Origin: Candidatus Azobacteroides sp.
Lineage (GTDB): Bacteria; Bacteroidota; Bacteroidia; Bacteroidales; WRGA01
DNA length: 64,000 nucleotides
Direction of reading: 5' to 3'
Assembly: GCA_009787405.1 (NCBI GenBank)
Contig: WRGA01000124.1
Coordinates: forward strand, 9,706 to 73,705
Below, piece after piece: positions 41,271 to 52,002 of this stretch (the first letter of the stretch is position 1; every line of letters begins with the position of its first letter). The notes under the pieces are model-generated. The model had not been told where the DNA came from and made no database searches. It saw nothing but the letters and a program-made list of their open reading frames with translations. The position numbers and the translations under genes were made by a program.

Positions 41271-43067
41271 GTGGATACAAATTCCCACATAAAAACCATT
41301 TTGTCAGGACTTCCCGAAAAGCCGGGAATATATCAATTTCTTGACACTAATAATACGATCATTTATGTGGGAAAAGCAAAAAGTCTGAAAAAACGAGTTT
41401 CATCTTATTTCAACAAGCAACACGAATACAGAAAGACACGTGTTCTTGTCAAGAAAATAGCAGATATCGACTACATCATCGTAGAAAATGAAAACGATGC
41501 ATTACTGTTGGAAAACAGCTTGATAAAAAAACACAAGCCGAGATACAACGTCATGCTGAAAGATGATAAAACCTATCCGTCGATTTGCATCACCAACGAA
41601 CATTTTCCACGTATTTTCAAAACCCGAAAGATCATCCGAAACGGATCACAATATTTCGGGCCATACAGTTCCGTGATAACCATCCACATATTATTGGATT
41701 TAATCAAACAACTTTATCCGATCCGGACATGCAAGTTAGATCTTTCTCCGGAAAAAATACAACAAAGAAAATACAAAGTATGCCTGCAATATCATATAAA
41801 AAAATGCCTCGGGCCTTGTGAATCATTCCAAAAAGAAGAAGATTACAATCGGGATATTTCGAATATTAAAGAGATCCTGAAAGGAAATTCCCAAAAAATT
41901 TCTCAATATCTTTTTAAAGAAATGGAAGAGGCAGCCTCAAAATTAAAATTCGAAGAGGCACAATTCATCAAAGAAAAATACGAAATCATCGAACAATACA
42001 GAAGCAAATCCGTCATTGTAAGCCCGACGATCATTAACGCCGATATTTTTTCCTGTGAAGTCACGGAACAATCCGGATACGTCAACTACCTGCATGTCGT
42101 AAACGGAACCATTGTACAAGCTCATACTTTTGAATACAAAAAGAAGCTGGATGAAAATAAAGAAGAAATTTTAGGATTCGGAATAGCGGAAATTCAAGAA
42201 AAGTTCGAAAGAAAATTCGGAGAAATAATCGTGCCTTTTTTACCGGAAGACCCGGAACTATACCATGCAACGTTCGTCATCCCTCAAAAAGGAGATAAAA
42301 AAAAATTGCTTGATCTTTCCATCCAAAATGTAAAACAATATAAATTTGATATTCTCAAACAGCAGGAAAAATTAAATCCGGAGCAACGTACAATCAGAAT
42401 ATTAACCACGCTGCAAAAAGATTTGCATTTAAAAGAACTGCCATGGCACATCGAATGCTTCGACAATTCAAATACACAAGGAACAAACCCTGTCGCCGCC
42501 TGCGTCGTCTTTAAAAAAGCCAAACCGGCAAAAAAAGATTACCGTCATTTCAATATAAAAACCGTTGAAGGCCCCAATGATTTCGCATCCATGAAAGAAG
42601 TTGTTTTCAGGCGTTATAAGCGACTTTCGGACGAAAAACAAGACCTTCCTCAACTCATCATCGTAGACGGCGGAAAAGGGCAATTGAGCAGTGCAAAAGA
42701 AGCGATAAGTGACTTGGGACTTTACGGAAAAATCGGCTTGATAGGAATCGCCAAGCGATTAGAAGAAATCTATTTTCCTGAAGATTCGATTCCCCTCTAT
42801 TTAGATAAAAATTCGGAAAGCTTGAAACTCATCCAAAACATGAGGGATGAAGCACATCGATTCGGAATTACTCACCACAGAAACCAACGCACCAAAAAGC
42901 AAGTCGAATCCGAATTAGATCATATCACAGGAGTCGGGCAAAAAACCAAAGAAGCATTACTGAAATATTTTAAAAGTGTAAAAAGAATCAAAGAAGCATC
43001 AAAAGAAGAACTGATCGATTTATTGGGAAAATCGAAAGCAGAGAAAATAATTGACGGGTTACAATAG
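41271..43067 (+). CDS. uvrC: Excinuclease ABC subunit C
   Basis: GIY-YVG domain, IECFDNS, VDGGKGQ, RDEAHRF, HhH. Confidence 0.96.
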   Translation: MDTNSHIKTILSGLPEKPGIYQFLDTNNTIIYVGKAKSLKKRVSSYFNKQHEYRKTRVLVKKIADIDYIIVENENDALLLENSLIKKHKPRYNVMLKDDKTYPSICITNEHFPRIFKTRKIIRNGSQYFGPYSSVITIHILLDLIKQLYPIRTCKLDLSPEKIQQRKYKVCLQYHIKKCLGPCESFQKEEDYNRDISNIKEILKGNSQKISQYLFKEMEEAASKLKFEEAQFIKEKYEIIEQYRSKSVIVSPTIINADIFSCEVTEQSGYVNYLHVVNGTIVQAHTFEYKKKLDENKEEILGFGIAEIQEKFERKFGEIIVPFLPEDPELYHATFVIPQKGDKKKLLDLSIQNVKQYKFDILKQQEKLNPEQRTIRILTTLQKDLHLKELPWHIECFDNSNTQGTNPVAACVVFKKAKPAKKDYRHFNIKTVEGPNDFASMKEVVFRRYKRLSDEKQDLPQLIIVDGGKGQLSSAKEAISDLGLYGKIGLIGIAKRLEEIYFPEDSIPLYLDKNSESLKLIQNMRDEAHRFGITHHRNQRTKKQVESELDHITGVGQKTKEALLKYFKSVKRIKEASKEELIDLLGKSKAEKIIDGLQ

Positions 43068-43130
43068 CAGAAAAAATGTTATGAGTCAAAAATTCAAACA
43101 CAAATCCAGCTTCTAATTCATCATTAAAAA

Positions 43131-43583
43131 ATGAGAGTATTGATTCAACGGGTATCAGAAGCATCGGTAGCAATACACGAAACCATAAAATCCTCCATTC
43201 GTTCAGGACTGCTGGTTTTTGTCGGAATAGAAGACAGTGACAACCCGGAAGATATAACATGGTTATGCAAAAAAATCGTCAATCTGAGAATTTTCGACGA
43301 TGAAAACAGAATCATGAACAAATCCGTCATTGATATAAACGGCGAAATATTAGTTGTCAGTCAATTTACGTTACATGCCTCCACACAAAAAGGGAATCGT
43401 CCTTCCTATATCAGAGCATCCAAACCTGAAAAAGCAATTCCCATGTATGAAATGTTCTGCGTGGAACTTTCCGAAGTGCTCGGCAAAGCAATTCAAACAG
43501 GTGTCTTCGGAGCAGAGATGAAAGTATCATTAATCAATGACGGCCCGGTAAGTATTTGGATTGATTCGAAGCAAAAAGAATAA
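43131..43583 (+). CDS. dtd: D-aminoacyl-tRNA deacylase
   Basis: IQRV, SQFTL, KGNRPS, NDGPV. Confidence 0.96.
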   Translation: MRVLIQRVSEASVAIHETIKSSIRSGLLVFVGIEDSDNPEDITWLCKKIVNLRIFDDENRIMNKSVIDINGEILVVSQFTLHASTQKGNRPSYIRASKPEKAIPMYEMFCVELSEVLGKAIQTGVFGAEMKVSLINDGPVSIWIDSKQKE

Positions 43584-43625
43584 AAGAGATTTGCATAGTA
43601 TTCAATCATTCAAAATCCCTCAATA

Positions 43626-43641
43626 TGTTCCACACGAAACA
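43626..43641. promoter_or_regulatory. Degenerate parS site
   Basis: TGTTCCACACGAAACA; a further weak match TGTTCTGCGTGGAACT lies at 43453 inside dtd. Confidence 0.45.
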
Positions 43642-43799
43642 TAGGAAAAAAATATCACCCTCATTTTCAATATTTTTATAGATTTTTATTCCGGGAAATA
43701 ATTTTTTTGAAAAAAATCTGCAAAAAAATATCCATATATAAAAAATTATATATATTTGATGCCAAAATAACAACATGTTTAACTTATTTTTAAACAATC

Positions 43800-45824
43800 A
43801 TGAAAAAGCATTTTTTCATAAAAAGTCTGTATACATTTTTAACATTATTTTTCTTAATAAATCAAAATATACAAGCGCAAAATCCGGTTTCAAAATTCGG
43901 AGAAGTCAATGATTATGAAATCAATATGACAAGTTATCCCGAAGACACGACAGCCACAGCCGTAGTCTTATCGGAAAAAGGAGAAACCCGATTTATTTAT
44001 GATGAGCAATCCGGATTTCGTTACAAATACGACTATCAGGTAAAAATAAAAATCTTAAAACCTGAAGGAATAGAAGAAGCGAATGAAACGATCGAATATA
44101 CAAACATAAATTCCAAGTCACGGGAAGAAATTTCGGGACTTTCCGGCACTACTTACAATCTTGAAGATGGAAAAATTGTTAAAGCCAAACTGTCCAAAGA
44201 ATTTATAAACGACGAGAAATATGACGAAAAGTTTTTCCGCAAAAAATTCACCCTGCCGGCCGTAAAAGTCGGTTCAGTCATTGAATATAAATACACCATC
44301 TACTCCGATTTTTTTTATGATTTAAGGGATTTCCGGTTTCAACACCATATTCCCGTCGTGAAAACTACTTATGATATAATCATTCCGGAATATTACCATT
44401 ATAATATTGAAATGCGCGGTTATGAATCTATCATCTCCAAGCAGGAAGCCGTATCAGAAAAGTTCACCATCCGATACAGCCATATCGAAGAAAACGGACG
44501 TACCTACCATGAAAGTTACGATATAAACAGCAACAGCAAAAGATACTATTTTGAAGGAAAAAATATTCCGGCACTCAAAGACGAACCGTTTGTCTGGTGT
44601 TTGGATGATTATATTTCAAAAGTAAGCTTCGAACTGCAAAGCATACACTACCCGCAAAGTACCGTCAAAAATTTCAGCAGCGATTGGGCAACTGTAGACA
44701 AAGAATTGCTGGATGCAAGTTCGTTCGGAGGGAATTTGAAAAAAAACGACATGGTTAAAGATCTGGTCAAAGAATTTGACACGATAAGCAATCCGGTATC
44801 CAAAGTCATTCAAATTCAAAACATGATTAAAAGTACGGTCAAATGGAATGAAAAAAACCGGCTTACATCCGATGACATAAAAAATGCACTCAAAACCGGA
44901 CTGGGAAGTAGTGCAGACATGAACTTTTTATTGATTAACGCACTGAATGCCGCCGGAATAGAAGCTTTTCCTGTGGTCATGAGCACCCGCAGCAACGGTA
45001 CACTTCCTTTCTCTCACCCGTCCATTTCAGCACTCAATTATTTCATCACGGGAATAAAAATCGACACGGTGACTTATTTCACCGACGTATCCGCAAAATC
45101 AGGATCTTTGAACATTTTACCCCAAACGTGTTTAGTAAACAGAGCAAGAAGCATTAAAGAAAACGGACGTTCCCAATGGGTGAATCTAACCAAAGTATCG
45201 TCGGGAAACATTACCAAAAATATCTCATGCAAATTTGAAGACGGTGTTTATACCGCAACAATCAACACTTGGTACAAAGATGAATCTGCGTATGATTTTC
45301 GGTTAAATCAAAACAATTACAAAGACGAAGACGAGTATAGGGAAATTTTAGAGTCAAAATTCGCAGGAGCGATCGACAATTATTCCACAACCGGAATTGA
45401 AAATACATCTGCTCCCATCAATGAAAAATTCAAAGTAAAAACCAATATCGGCACAGGCGGCGAATACATCTACCTGACGGCACTGTTTGAACCGCAATTT
45501 ACAGAAAACAGATTCAAATCGGAAGAACGGAAATTACCGATCGAATTCAATTATCCCATCACCTTCAGAGAAAATATATCGATTGAAATTCCGGAAGGTT
45601 ACACCGTGGAAGACTTACCCAAATCCGAAAAGTACACATTTGACGATGGAAGCAAAATAAGCTGTTTGTATCAAATCATACATCAAGACAACACTATTTT
45701 TTTAAAATACAATTTTACGCAAAAAGAAATCATGTTCATAAATACAGATTACGAACATTTGAAAAATTTCTTTGCCAAAATAGTAAGTAAAAGCGGGGAA
45801 AAAATCATTTTAAAAAAGATGTGA
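43800..45824 (+). CDS. DUF3857/transglutaminase-like/DUF3858 exported protein (catalytic Cys absent)
   Basis: Signal peptide; KVGSVIEYKY; GLGSSADMNFLL in place of GxC; IPEGY.VE.LP. Confidence 0.75.
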   Translation: MKKHFFIKSLYTFLTLFFLINQNIQAQNPVSKFGEVNDYEINMTSYPEDTTATAVVLSEKGETRFIYDEQSGFRYKYDYQVKIKILKPEGIEEANETIEYTNINSKSREEISGLSGTTYNLEDGKIVKAKLSKEFINDEKYDEKFFRKKFTLPAVKVGSVIEYKYTIYSDFFYDLRDFRFQHHIPVVKTTYDIIIPEYYHYNIEMRGYESIISKQEAVSEKFTIRYSHIEENGRTYHESYDINSNSKRYYFEGKNIPALKDEPFVWCLDDYISKVSFELQSIHYPQSTVKNFSSDWATVDKELLDASSFGGNLKKNDMVKDLVKEFDTISNPVSKVIQIQNMIKSTVKWNEKNRLTSDDIKNALKTGLGSSADMNFLLINALNAAGIEAFPVVMSTRSNGTLPFSHPSISALNYFITGIKIDTVTYFTDVSAKSGSLNILPQTCLVNRARSIKENGRSQWVNLTKVSSGNITKNISCKFEDGVYTATINTWYKDESAYDFRLNQNNYKDEDEYREILESKFAGAIDNYSTTGIENTSAPINEKFKVKTNIGTGGEYIYLTALFEPQFTENRFKSEERKLPIEFNYPITFRENISIEIPEGYTVEDLPKSEKYTFDDGSKISCLYQIIHQDNTIFLKYNFTQKEIMFINTDYEHLKNFFAKIVSKSGEKIILKKM

Positions 45825-45852
45825 TCTACTAAAATCCGAGAAAAACAACCAC

Positions 45853-47754
45853 ATGAAAAAATATCTTTTTATTGCCTTATTGGGAATATTTACCGGCCGG
45901 CTTGTAGTTGCCCAAGATTATCCTGTTTTACTCATTCCCGACAGTCTTACAAAAAATGCAAACACTGTTATCAGAAATTATAACATTAATTTTATACAAA
46001 ACGACGTAAACGACGGGATTTCAAAAATATCCAAAACCATAACCATCCTGAACAGTAAAGGCAAAAATGATGCGATGATATACATTCTGCAAGATAAATT
46101 TCATGAATTAACTGATTTTTCCTGTACCATACGAAATTCGGAAGGAATGATATTAAAAAAAGTAAAAAAAGGAGATTTGACCACATCATCATTTTCCGAA
46201 TCATTTGCATCAGATGACAAATATTCTTTCTATGAATGCCAAGCTCCCTCCTACCCGTTCACGATAGAATACAATTATCAAATAAAATATAAAAACGGAA
46301 TCATCGGTTACCCGGTTTTCGATCCGATAAATAACTATGCCCGGTCAGTTGAAACGGCAAATTATCAAATCGAAATTCCGTCAAATATGACCATTCGTTA
46401 TAAAGTTTCAAATTATGACAATCCGATTGACAGCCTCGTCACAAACAACAAAAAAATATATACATGCAATATAGCCGGTCTTAAAGCCCAAAACGAAGAA
46501 CCGCTGTCTCCCCCCATAACCGAATACGTTCCTTATGTAATATTCGGGCCGACAAATTTTTGTTATGACGGATTTTGCGGAAACATGTCCGACTGGAACT
46601 CTTACGGAAAATGGATTTTTCAATTATTAGCGGAAAGAGATCAATTATCCCCCGATTTCAAAGAAAAAATCCGATCATTAACCGAAAATGCAAAATCAGA
46701 TAAAGAAAAGGCGAAAATCTTGTATGAATATTTACAAGCAAACATGCGCTATGTAAGCATACAATTAGGTATCGGCGGATTTCGTCCCGCCTCGGCATCC
46801 GATGTCCAAAGAACGGGGTTCGGAGACTGTAAGGGTCTCTCAAATATGATGAAAGCCATGTTGAACGCTGTTAATATTCCGTCAATTTATACTGTAATAA
46901 GAATGGATGAAAAAGAAAAACGGATATACACCGATTTCCCGAACTTTATACAATTTAACCATGTCATCCTTTGTGTCCCGTTCAAAAATGATTCCCTTTG
47001 GTTGGAATGCACATCAAAAACAACGCCTTTCGGATATATACACAATGGCATATCAGGACATGATGCACTTCTCATTACCGAAAACGGAGGAAAATTATGC
47101 CGGTTACCCTCTTATCCTGACAGCCTGAACAAGTCCGTCTCCAATCTGAATATCATTTTAACCGAAGATGGTACGGCAACCGGAAAAGTAAGTTATAACT
47201 ATTATTTGGATCAATATGAATCGTCTGTACATACATTCGAAACAAACGATCCCCAAAAACAAAATGATTATCTGACAAAAAGTATGAAATCGGGAAAGGT
47301 AAAAATCCTGAACATCCATTCAAATATCAATAAATCAGCTGATCCTGAAATAAAAATCGATTACGATTTCATTGCCGAAGATTTCGCAAACAGATCTTCA
47401 AACAGACTATTTTTTCCAATATGCCCGATAAAAAAAATCGATTACAACATATTTTCAAGTTCAAAAAGAGAACATGATATCAAAATAAACAACGGATACA
47501 ATGATTCGGATTCCATCAACATTCAGATACCGGAAGGTTATTCTCCCGAATCATTACCGAACGACATAACAGTAACAACTCCATACGGCATATATATCTC
47601 AAAAATTAAATACGAAGACGGAAAGTTAAAACATTTTCAGAACATTCAAATTTTCCGGAAAAGACATTCTAAAGATGACTATAAAAACATCAAAACCTTT
47701 TTTGAAAAGATAAACGAATCAATAAACCGGAGTGTCGTAATTAAAAAAATATGA
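45853..47754 (+). CDS. DUF3857/transglutaminase-like exported protein (triad intact)
   Basis: RYVSIQLGIGG, GDCKGLS, FNHVIL, WLECTS. Confidence 0.8.
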   Translation: MKKYLFIALLGIFTGRLVVAQDYPVLLIPDSLTKNANTVIRNYNINFIQNDVNDGISKISKTITILNSKGKNDAMIYILQDKFHELTDFSCTIRNSEGMILKKVKKGDLTTSSFSESFASDDKYSFYECQAPSYPFTIEYNYQIKYKNGIIGYPVFDPINNYARSVETANYQIEIPSNMTIRYKVSNYDNPIDSLVTNNKKIYTCNIAGLKAQNEEPLSPPITEYVPYVIFGPTNFCYDGFCGNMSDWNSYGKWIFQLLAERDQLSPDFKEKIRSLTENAKSDKEKAKILYEYLQANMRYVSIQLGIGGFRPASASDVQRTGFGDCKGLSNMMKAMLNAVNIPSIYTVIRMDEKEKRIYTDFPNFIQFNHVILCVPFKNDSLWLECTSKTTPFGYIHNGISGHDALLITENGGKLCRLPSYPDSLNKSVSNLNIILTEDGTATGKVSYNYYLDQYESSVHTFETNDPQKQNDYLTKSMKSGKVKILNIHSNINKSADPEIKIDYDFIAEDFANRSSNRLFFPICPIKKIDYNIFSSSKREHDIKINNGYNDSDSINIQIPEGYSPESLPNDITVTTPYGIYISKIKYEDGKLKHFQNIQIFRKRHSKDDYKNIKTFFEKINESINRSVVIKKI

Positions 47755-47779
47755 TTATCTATATACAGATAACATCAAC

Positions 47780-47920
47780 TAAGCATGTCATAAAAAATAA
47801 TTTATATTTTAAACACCAAGTCACAAAGACGGAAAGGCGCGAAGTTTAGAATCTTTGTGACGTGGCGTCTTTGCATCTTCGCGTTTAAAATATTAGACAT
47901 TAAATTCTGCCATGTACTTA
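47780..47920. mobile_element. MITE-like repeat family, copy 7 (full length, reverse of copy 1)
   Basis: TAAGCATGTCATAAAA...TTTTAAACACCAAG...CTTCGCGTTTAAAA...ATTAAATTCTGCCATGTACTTA. Confidence 0.7.
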
Positions 47921-48134
47921 AACCGGAATTATTATAAATTAAGTATTTTTAAAAGAAAAATCCGATACCGAAATTGAAAAAAAGCCCTATATTTGCAGGG
48001 AATGTTCACTTTTACATTGGCATAAAAACCATGAAACATACAATTTGTACATTTACATTTTTGCATTGTTTGTGTATACTCACTTTTTCCGTGTACGCAA
48101 ACGGAATAAAGAATAAAACATAAATCAATCTAAT

Positions 48135-48695
48135 ATGTCATATCGTCCTAACAACTCCCTCTCCGAAGAAGTTCTCGAACACACCAAGGTTAACAGCGCC
48201 GGATGCTACCAGTGCGGCAAATGTTCAGCGGGGTGTCCTTTGGCCGAAGAAATGGACTATACTTCAAGCATGGTCATGCGAATGCTGCAAACGGAAGATA
48301 AAGCAATTGAAAAAGAACTGTTGAAATCGCAAAGCATTTGGTTGTGCTCTTCTTGCGAAATGTGCATTTCCCGTTGCCCGATGTCAATCGATATTCCGAA
48401 AGTCATGGATTACCTGCGGCAAAAATCCGTGAAAGAAGGGCTACAAAACAAAACGGCGGACAAAAACATTGTCGCTTTTCACCGTTCATTTCTGGATATG
48501 ATTCAATTAACAGGCCGTTCGTATGAACCGGGAATGATCATGGACTACAAATTGAGAAGTAAAGATTTCTTCCAAGATTTAACCATGGCACCGAAAATGT
48601 TCAGTCGAGGCAAGTTACCGATTTTTCCCGAATCGGTGAAAAACCGCAAGAATATTCAAGATATTTTCAAAAAAAGTAAAAAAGAAAGTATTTAA
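48135..48695 (+). CDS. hdrC: Heterodisulfide reductase-like subunit C
   Basis: CYQCGKCSAGCP and WLCSSCEMCISRCP; operon context. Confidence 0.88.
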   Translation: MSYRPNNSLSEEVLEHTKVNSAGCYQCGKCSAGCPLAEEMDYTSSMVMRMLQTEDKAIEKELLKSQSIWLCSSCEMCISRCPMSIDIPKVMDYLRQKSVKEGLQNKTADKNIVAFHRSFLDMIQLTGRSYEPGMIMDYKLRSKDFFQDLTMAPKMFSRGKLPIFPESVKNRKNIQDIFKKSKKESI

Positions 48696-48696
48696 C

Positions 48697-49548
48697 ATGA
48701 AAAAGAAATTAGGATTTTACCCCGGTTGTTCCTTGGAAGGAACCTCAAGAGAATACAGTGAATCCGTGATTTCTCTTGCCAAACGATTTGACATCGAATT
48801 GGAGGCTGTCCCCGATTGGAACTGCTGCGGAGCATCCTCCGCTCATAATTTAAACAAAATACTTTCGTTGGCGCTTCCCGCAAGAATATTGGCACAAGCC
48901 GAAAAAGCGGGAATAAAAGAAATTCTGGTTCCCTGCGCGGCTTGTTCGAATCGGTTGATCACCACGCAACACGAATTATTCGAAGAACCCGAATTGAAAA
49001 AAGAAGTGGAAGAAACAACGGGAATGTCCCTCTCTGCTCCGATTCGGATCTTAAATGTGATTCAATTCATTCAGGAATATATCGTTCCCGAATTGCCGAA
49101 TAAAAAAGTCAATGCTTTCGACAAAAAAGTGGCTTGTTATTACGGCTGTCTGCTGGTTCGTCCGCACGATATTTTGCAATTCGACCGTTTGGAAGACCCG
49201 CAAAGCATGGACGAAATCATGAAAACATCGGGAGCCGAACCGATTGACTGGCCGTTCAAAACCGAATGCTGCGGAGCAGGTTTATCGTTAAGCCGAAGCG
49301 ACTTAATCGGAAAATTATCGGGAAAAATCGTTAACGAAGCCACCGAAAGAGGCGCCGAAGCTATTATCGTTGCCTGTCCGATGTGTCATGCCAATCTGGA
49401 TATGAGACGTCCCGTCATTAATAAATATATGGGTAAAAAACTGAATATCCCTGTTCTTTATATCACACAAGTCATCGGAATGGTTTGCGGATTAAGCCCG
49501 AAAGACACGGGAATCAAACGTCATTTGGTAAAAGTAAATATAAATTAA
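48697..49548 (+). CDS. hdrB: Heterodisulfide reductase-like subunit B
   Basis: Two CCG domains (YPGC..WNCCG..CAAC; YYGC..ECCG..ACPMC). Confidence 0.92.
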   Translation: MKKKLGFYPGCSLEGTSREYSESVISLAKRFDIELEAVPDWNCCGASSAHNLNKILSLALPARILAQAEKAGIKEILVPCAACSNRLITTQHELFEEPELKKEVEETTGMSLSAPIRILNVIQFIQEYIVPELPNKKVNAFDKKVACYYGCLLVRPHDILQFDRLEDPQSMDEIMKTSGAEPIDWPFKTECCGAGLSLSRSDLIGKLSGKIVNEATERGAEAIIVACPMCHANLDMRRPVINKYMGKKLNIPVLYITQVIGMVCGLSPKDTGIKRHLVKVNIN

Positions 49549-49608
49549 ATAAGTAAACGAAATTCAAGTCCGAAAACTTGTTCATCCGTTTACTCGTCAA
49601 CTGAAATT

Positions 49609-51609
49609 ATGGCACGAATAGGAGTTTTTGTATGTCATTGCGGCGAAAACATTTCGGCGACGGTAGATTGTGAAAATGTATCGGAACGCGCCGCAAAACT
49701 GCCCGGAGTGGTTTACAGCACCGATTACAAATACATGTGTTCCGATCCCGGACAATCGAAAATCAAAGAAGCGATTATCGAACATAAGCTTACAGGAGTC
49801 GTTGTTTCGGCCTGTTCTCCGCGAATGCACGAACCGACTTTCAGAAAAGCCTGCGCCGAAGCCGGTTTAAATCCGTATCTCTGCGAAATGGCCAACATTC
49901 GCGAACAATGTTCATGGGTTCACGAAAAAAGCGAAACAACCACGAATAAAGCCTTTGATTTGGTGCGTATGTTGGTTGAAAAAGTAAAAAATAATCATCC
50001 GCTCGAATCCATTAAAGTACCCGTAAACAAAACGGCAGTCGTTGTCGGCGGAGGCGTTGCGGGAATCCAAACGTCGCTGGACATCGCCAATGCAGGACAT
50101 AAAGTCATTTTGGTGGAAAGAGAACCTTCCATCGGCGGACACATGTCGCAGCTTTCGGAAACATTTCCCACGCTGGACTGTTCCCAATGCATTCTTACCC
50201 CGCGAATGGTGGAAGTGGCACAGCATCCGAACATTACACTTTATACATATTCCGAATTAGAACATACGGACGGATTTATCGGAAATTTCAACGTCCGCAT
50301 CCGTCGGAAAGCAAGAAGCATAAACGAAAAATTATGTACGGGTTGCGGATTATGCTGTACCAAATGTCCGGCCAAAAAAATAGAAAGCGAATTTGAACAA
50401 GGATTAGCGTACAGAACGGCCATTTATGTTCCGTTTCCTCAAGCCGTTCCGAACAAACCCGTCATCGACAGAGTAAATTGCCGGTATTTCCAAACAGGAA
50501 AATGTAAAGTCTGCCAAAAACTTTGTCCCACAGGAGCCGTCGATTTCGAACAAAAAGACGAAATCATCGAAGTCAAAGCGGGAGCCATCGTACTTGCAAC
50601 CGGGTTTGAAGTCAAAAACACCGATTTCTTCCCTGAATACGGTTTCGGAAAATATAAAGATGTCATCAACGGACTGCAATTCGAACGATTGGCATCGGCA
50701 TCAGGACCGACACAAGGAGAAATCCGACGTCCGTCCGACGGAAAAATCCCCGAAAAAATTGTTTTCGTAGCCTGTGCCGGTTCGCGCGATGTCGCCAAAG
50801 GCATTCCTTACTGTTCGAAAATTTGTTGCATGTACACGGCTAAACACGCCATGTTGTACAAACATAAAGTTCACGAAGGAACACCGTATGTTTTTTACAT
50901 GGACATTCGCGCAGCAGGTAAAAACTACGACGAGTTCACACGACGGGCCATTGAAGAAGACGGGGCAAAATACATTCGCGGACGTGTGGCGAACATCTAC
51001 GAAAAAAACGGAAAACTGATTGTCAAAGGAGCAGATACTCTAATGAACGGAAGACCCGTCGAAATAGACGCGGATATGGTGGTATTGGCAACCGCCGCTG
51101 TATCGTGCGAAGGTTCCGAATCATTGGCACAAAAACTACACGTTTCGTACGATTCATATAAATTCTTTGCCGAAGCACATCCCAAATTGAAACCTGTAGA
51201 AACCAACACAGCAGGAATCTATCTGGCGGGAGCATGTCAAGCGCCGAAAGACATCCCCGAATCCGTTGCCGCAGCATCGGGAGCAGCCGCAAAAGTTATT
51301 TGTCTGTTTGCCGGCAGCGAATTAACGCGCGAACCCATCGTGGCCAAAGTGAACCGCATGCCGCCTCCTATTTTCTCGACTTGCATGGGATGCGGAATGT
51401 GTAAAGAGGTTTGTCCGTATCAAGCCATCGATAAAGAAGAAATCAAAAACAGAAACGGAGAAACCATTAAAACGATTGCCAAAATCAATCCCGGATTATG
51501 TCAAGGTTGCGGAATTTGTGTTTCTTTCTGCAAATCCAAATCCATCGACTTGGAAGGATATTCAAATAAACAGGTGTATGAAGAAGTGTTGGCATTATTA
51601 AATAGTTAG
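49609..51609 (+). CDS. hdrA: Heterodisulfide reductase-like subunit A (bifurcating FAD/FeS)
   Basis: GVFVCHCG, ACSPRMHE, NIREQCSW, GGGVAG, TFPTLDC, YCSKICC, four ferredoxin motifs. Confidence 0.95.
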   Translation: MARIGVFVCHCGENISATVDCENVSERAAKLPGVVYSTDYKYMCSDPGQSKIKEAIIEHKLTGVVVSACSPRMHEPTFRKACAEAGLNPYLCEMANIREQCSWVHEKSETTTNKAFDLVRMLVEKVKNNHPLESIKVPVNKTAVVVGGGVAGIQTSLDIANAGHKVILVEREPSIGGHMSQLSETFPTLDCSQCILTPRMVEVAQHPNITLYTYSELEHTDGFIGNFNVRIRRKARSINEKLCTGCGLCCTKCPAKKIESEFEQGLAYRTAIYVPFPQAVPNKPVIDRVNCRYFQTGKCKVCQKLCPTGAVDFEQKDEIIEVKAGAIVLATGFEVKNTDFFPEYGFGKYKDVINGLQFERLASASGPTQGEIRRPSDGKIPEKIVFVACAGSRDVAKGIPYCSKICCMYTAKHAMLYKHKVHEGTPYVFYMDIRAAGKNYDEFTRRAIEEDGAKYIRGRVANIYEKNGKLIVKGADTLMNGRPVEIDADMVVLATAAVSCEGSESLAQKLHVSYDSYKFFAEAHPKLKPVETNTAGIYLAGACQAPKDIPESVAAASGAAAKVICLFAGSELTREPIVAKVNRMPPPIFSTCMGCGMCKEVCPYQAIDKEEIKNRNGETIKTIAKINPGLCQGCGICVSFCKSKSIDLEGYSNKQVYEEVLALLNS

Positions 51610-51997
51610 TAGACAAGTAAACAAGTTGACGAGTTGGGGTAAGTCAGGGAAAATAGAAAAATAAGTAAAAATAGCATTAGGTTCAGCTTCCGAATTAGAA
51701 ACTCAACTTATCATTTCTGTAGAGCTTCAATTTATGAATAAAGAAAATTTTGAATTATTAAACAATATGAATAACCAAATAATCAAGATGTTATCATCAT
51801 TAATAAAAGCAGTAAGCAAATAGACGAGTAAACGAGTTGACAAGTTAGTGGTAAGTCACATTAACCAATTAAAAATACTGAATTCAGTACTTGTCAATTC
51901 GTTTACGCGCCAACTCGTTTACTAAAAAATATTAATTAACCCGTAAACTTTAAATGAGTCCGAGTTGTCAACTCATTTACTTGTTTACTCGTCAACT
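51610..51997. repeat. Arrays of (A/G)AC(A/G)AGT-type octamers in direct and inverted orientation
   Basis: 51610-51646 resembles 51821-51858 (direct); inverted arrays at 51889-51923 and 51966-51997; same units at 49551-49602. Confidence 0.75.
51668..51823 (+). pseudogene. C-terminal half of a four-helix-bundle (23S rRNA IVP-like) protein
   Basis: Translates KIALGSASELETQLIISVELQFMNKENFELLNNMNNQIIKMLSSLIKAVSK*; N-terminus missing. Confidence 0.75.
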
Positions 51998-52002
51998 AAA
52001 AT

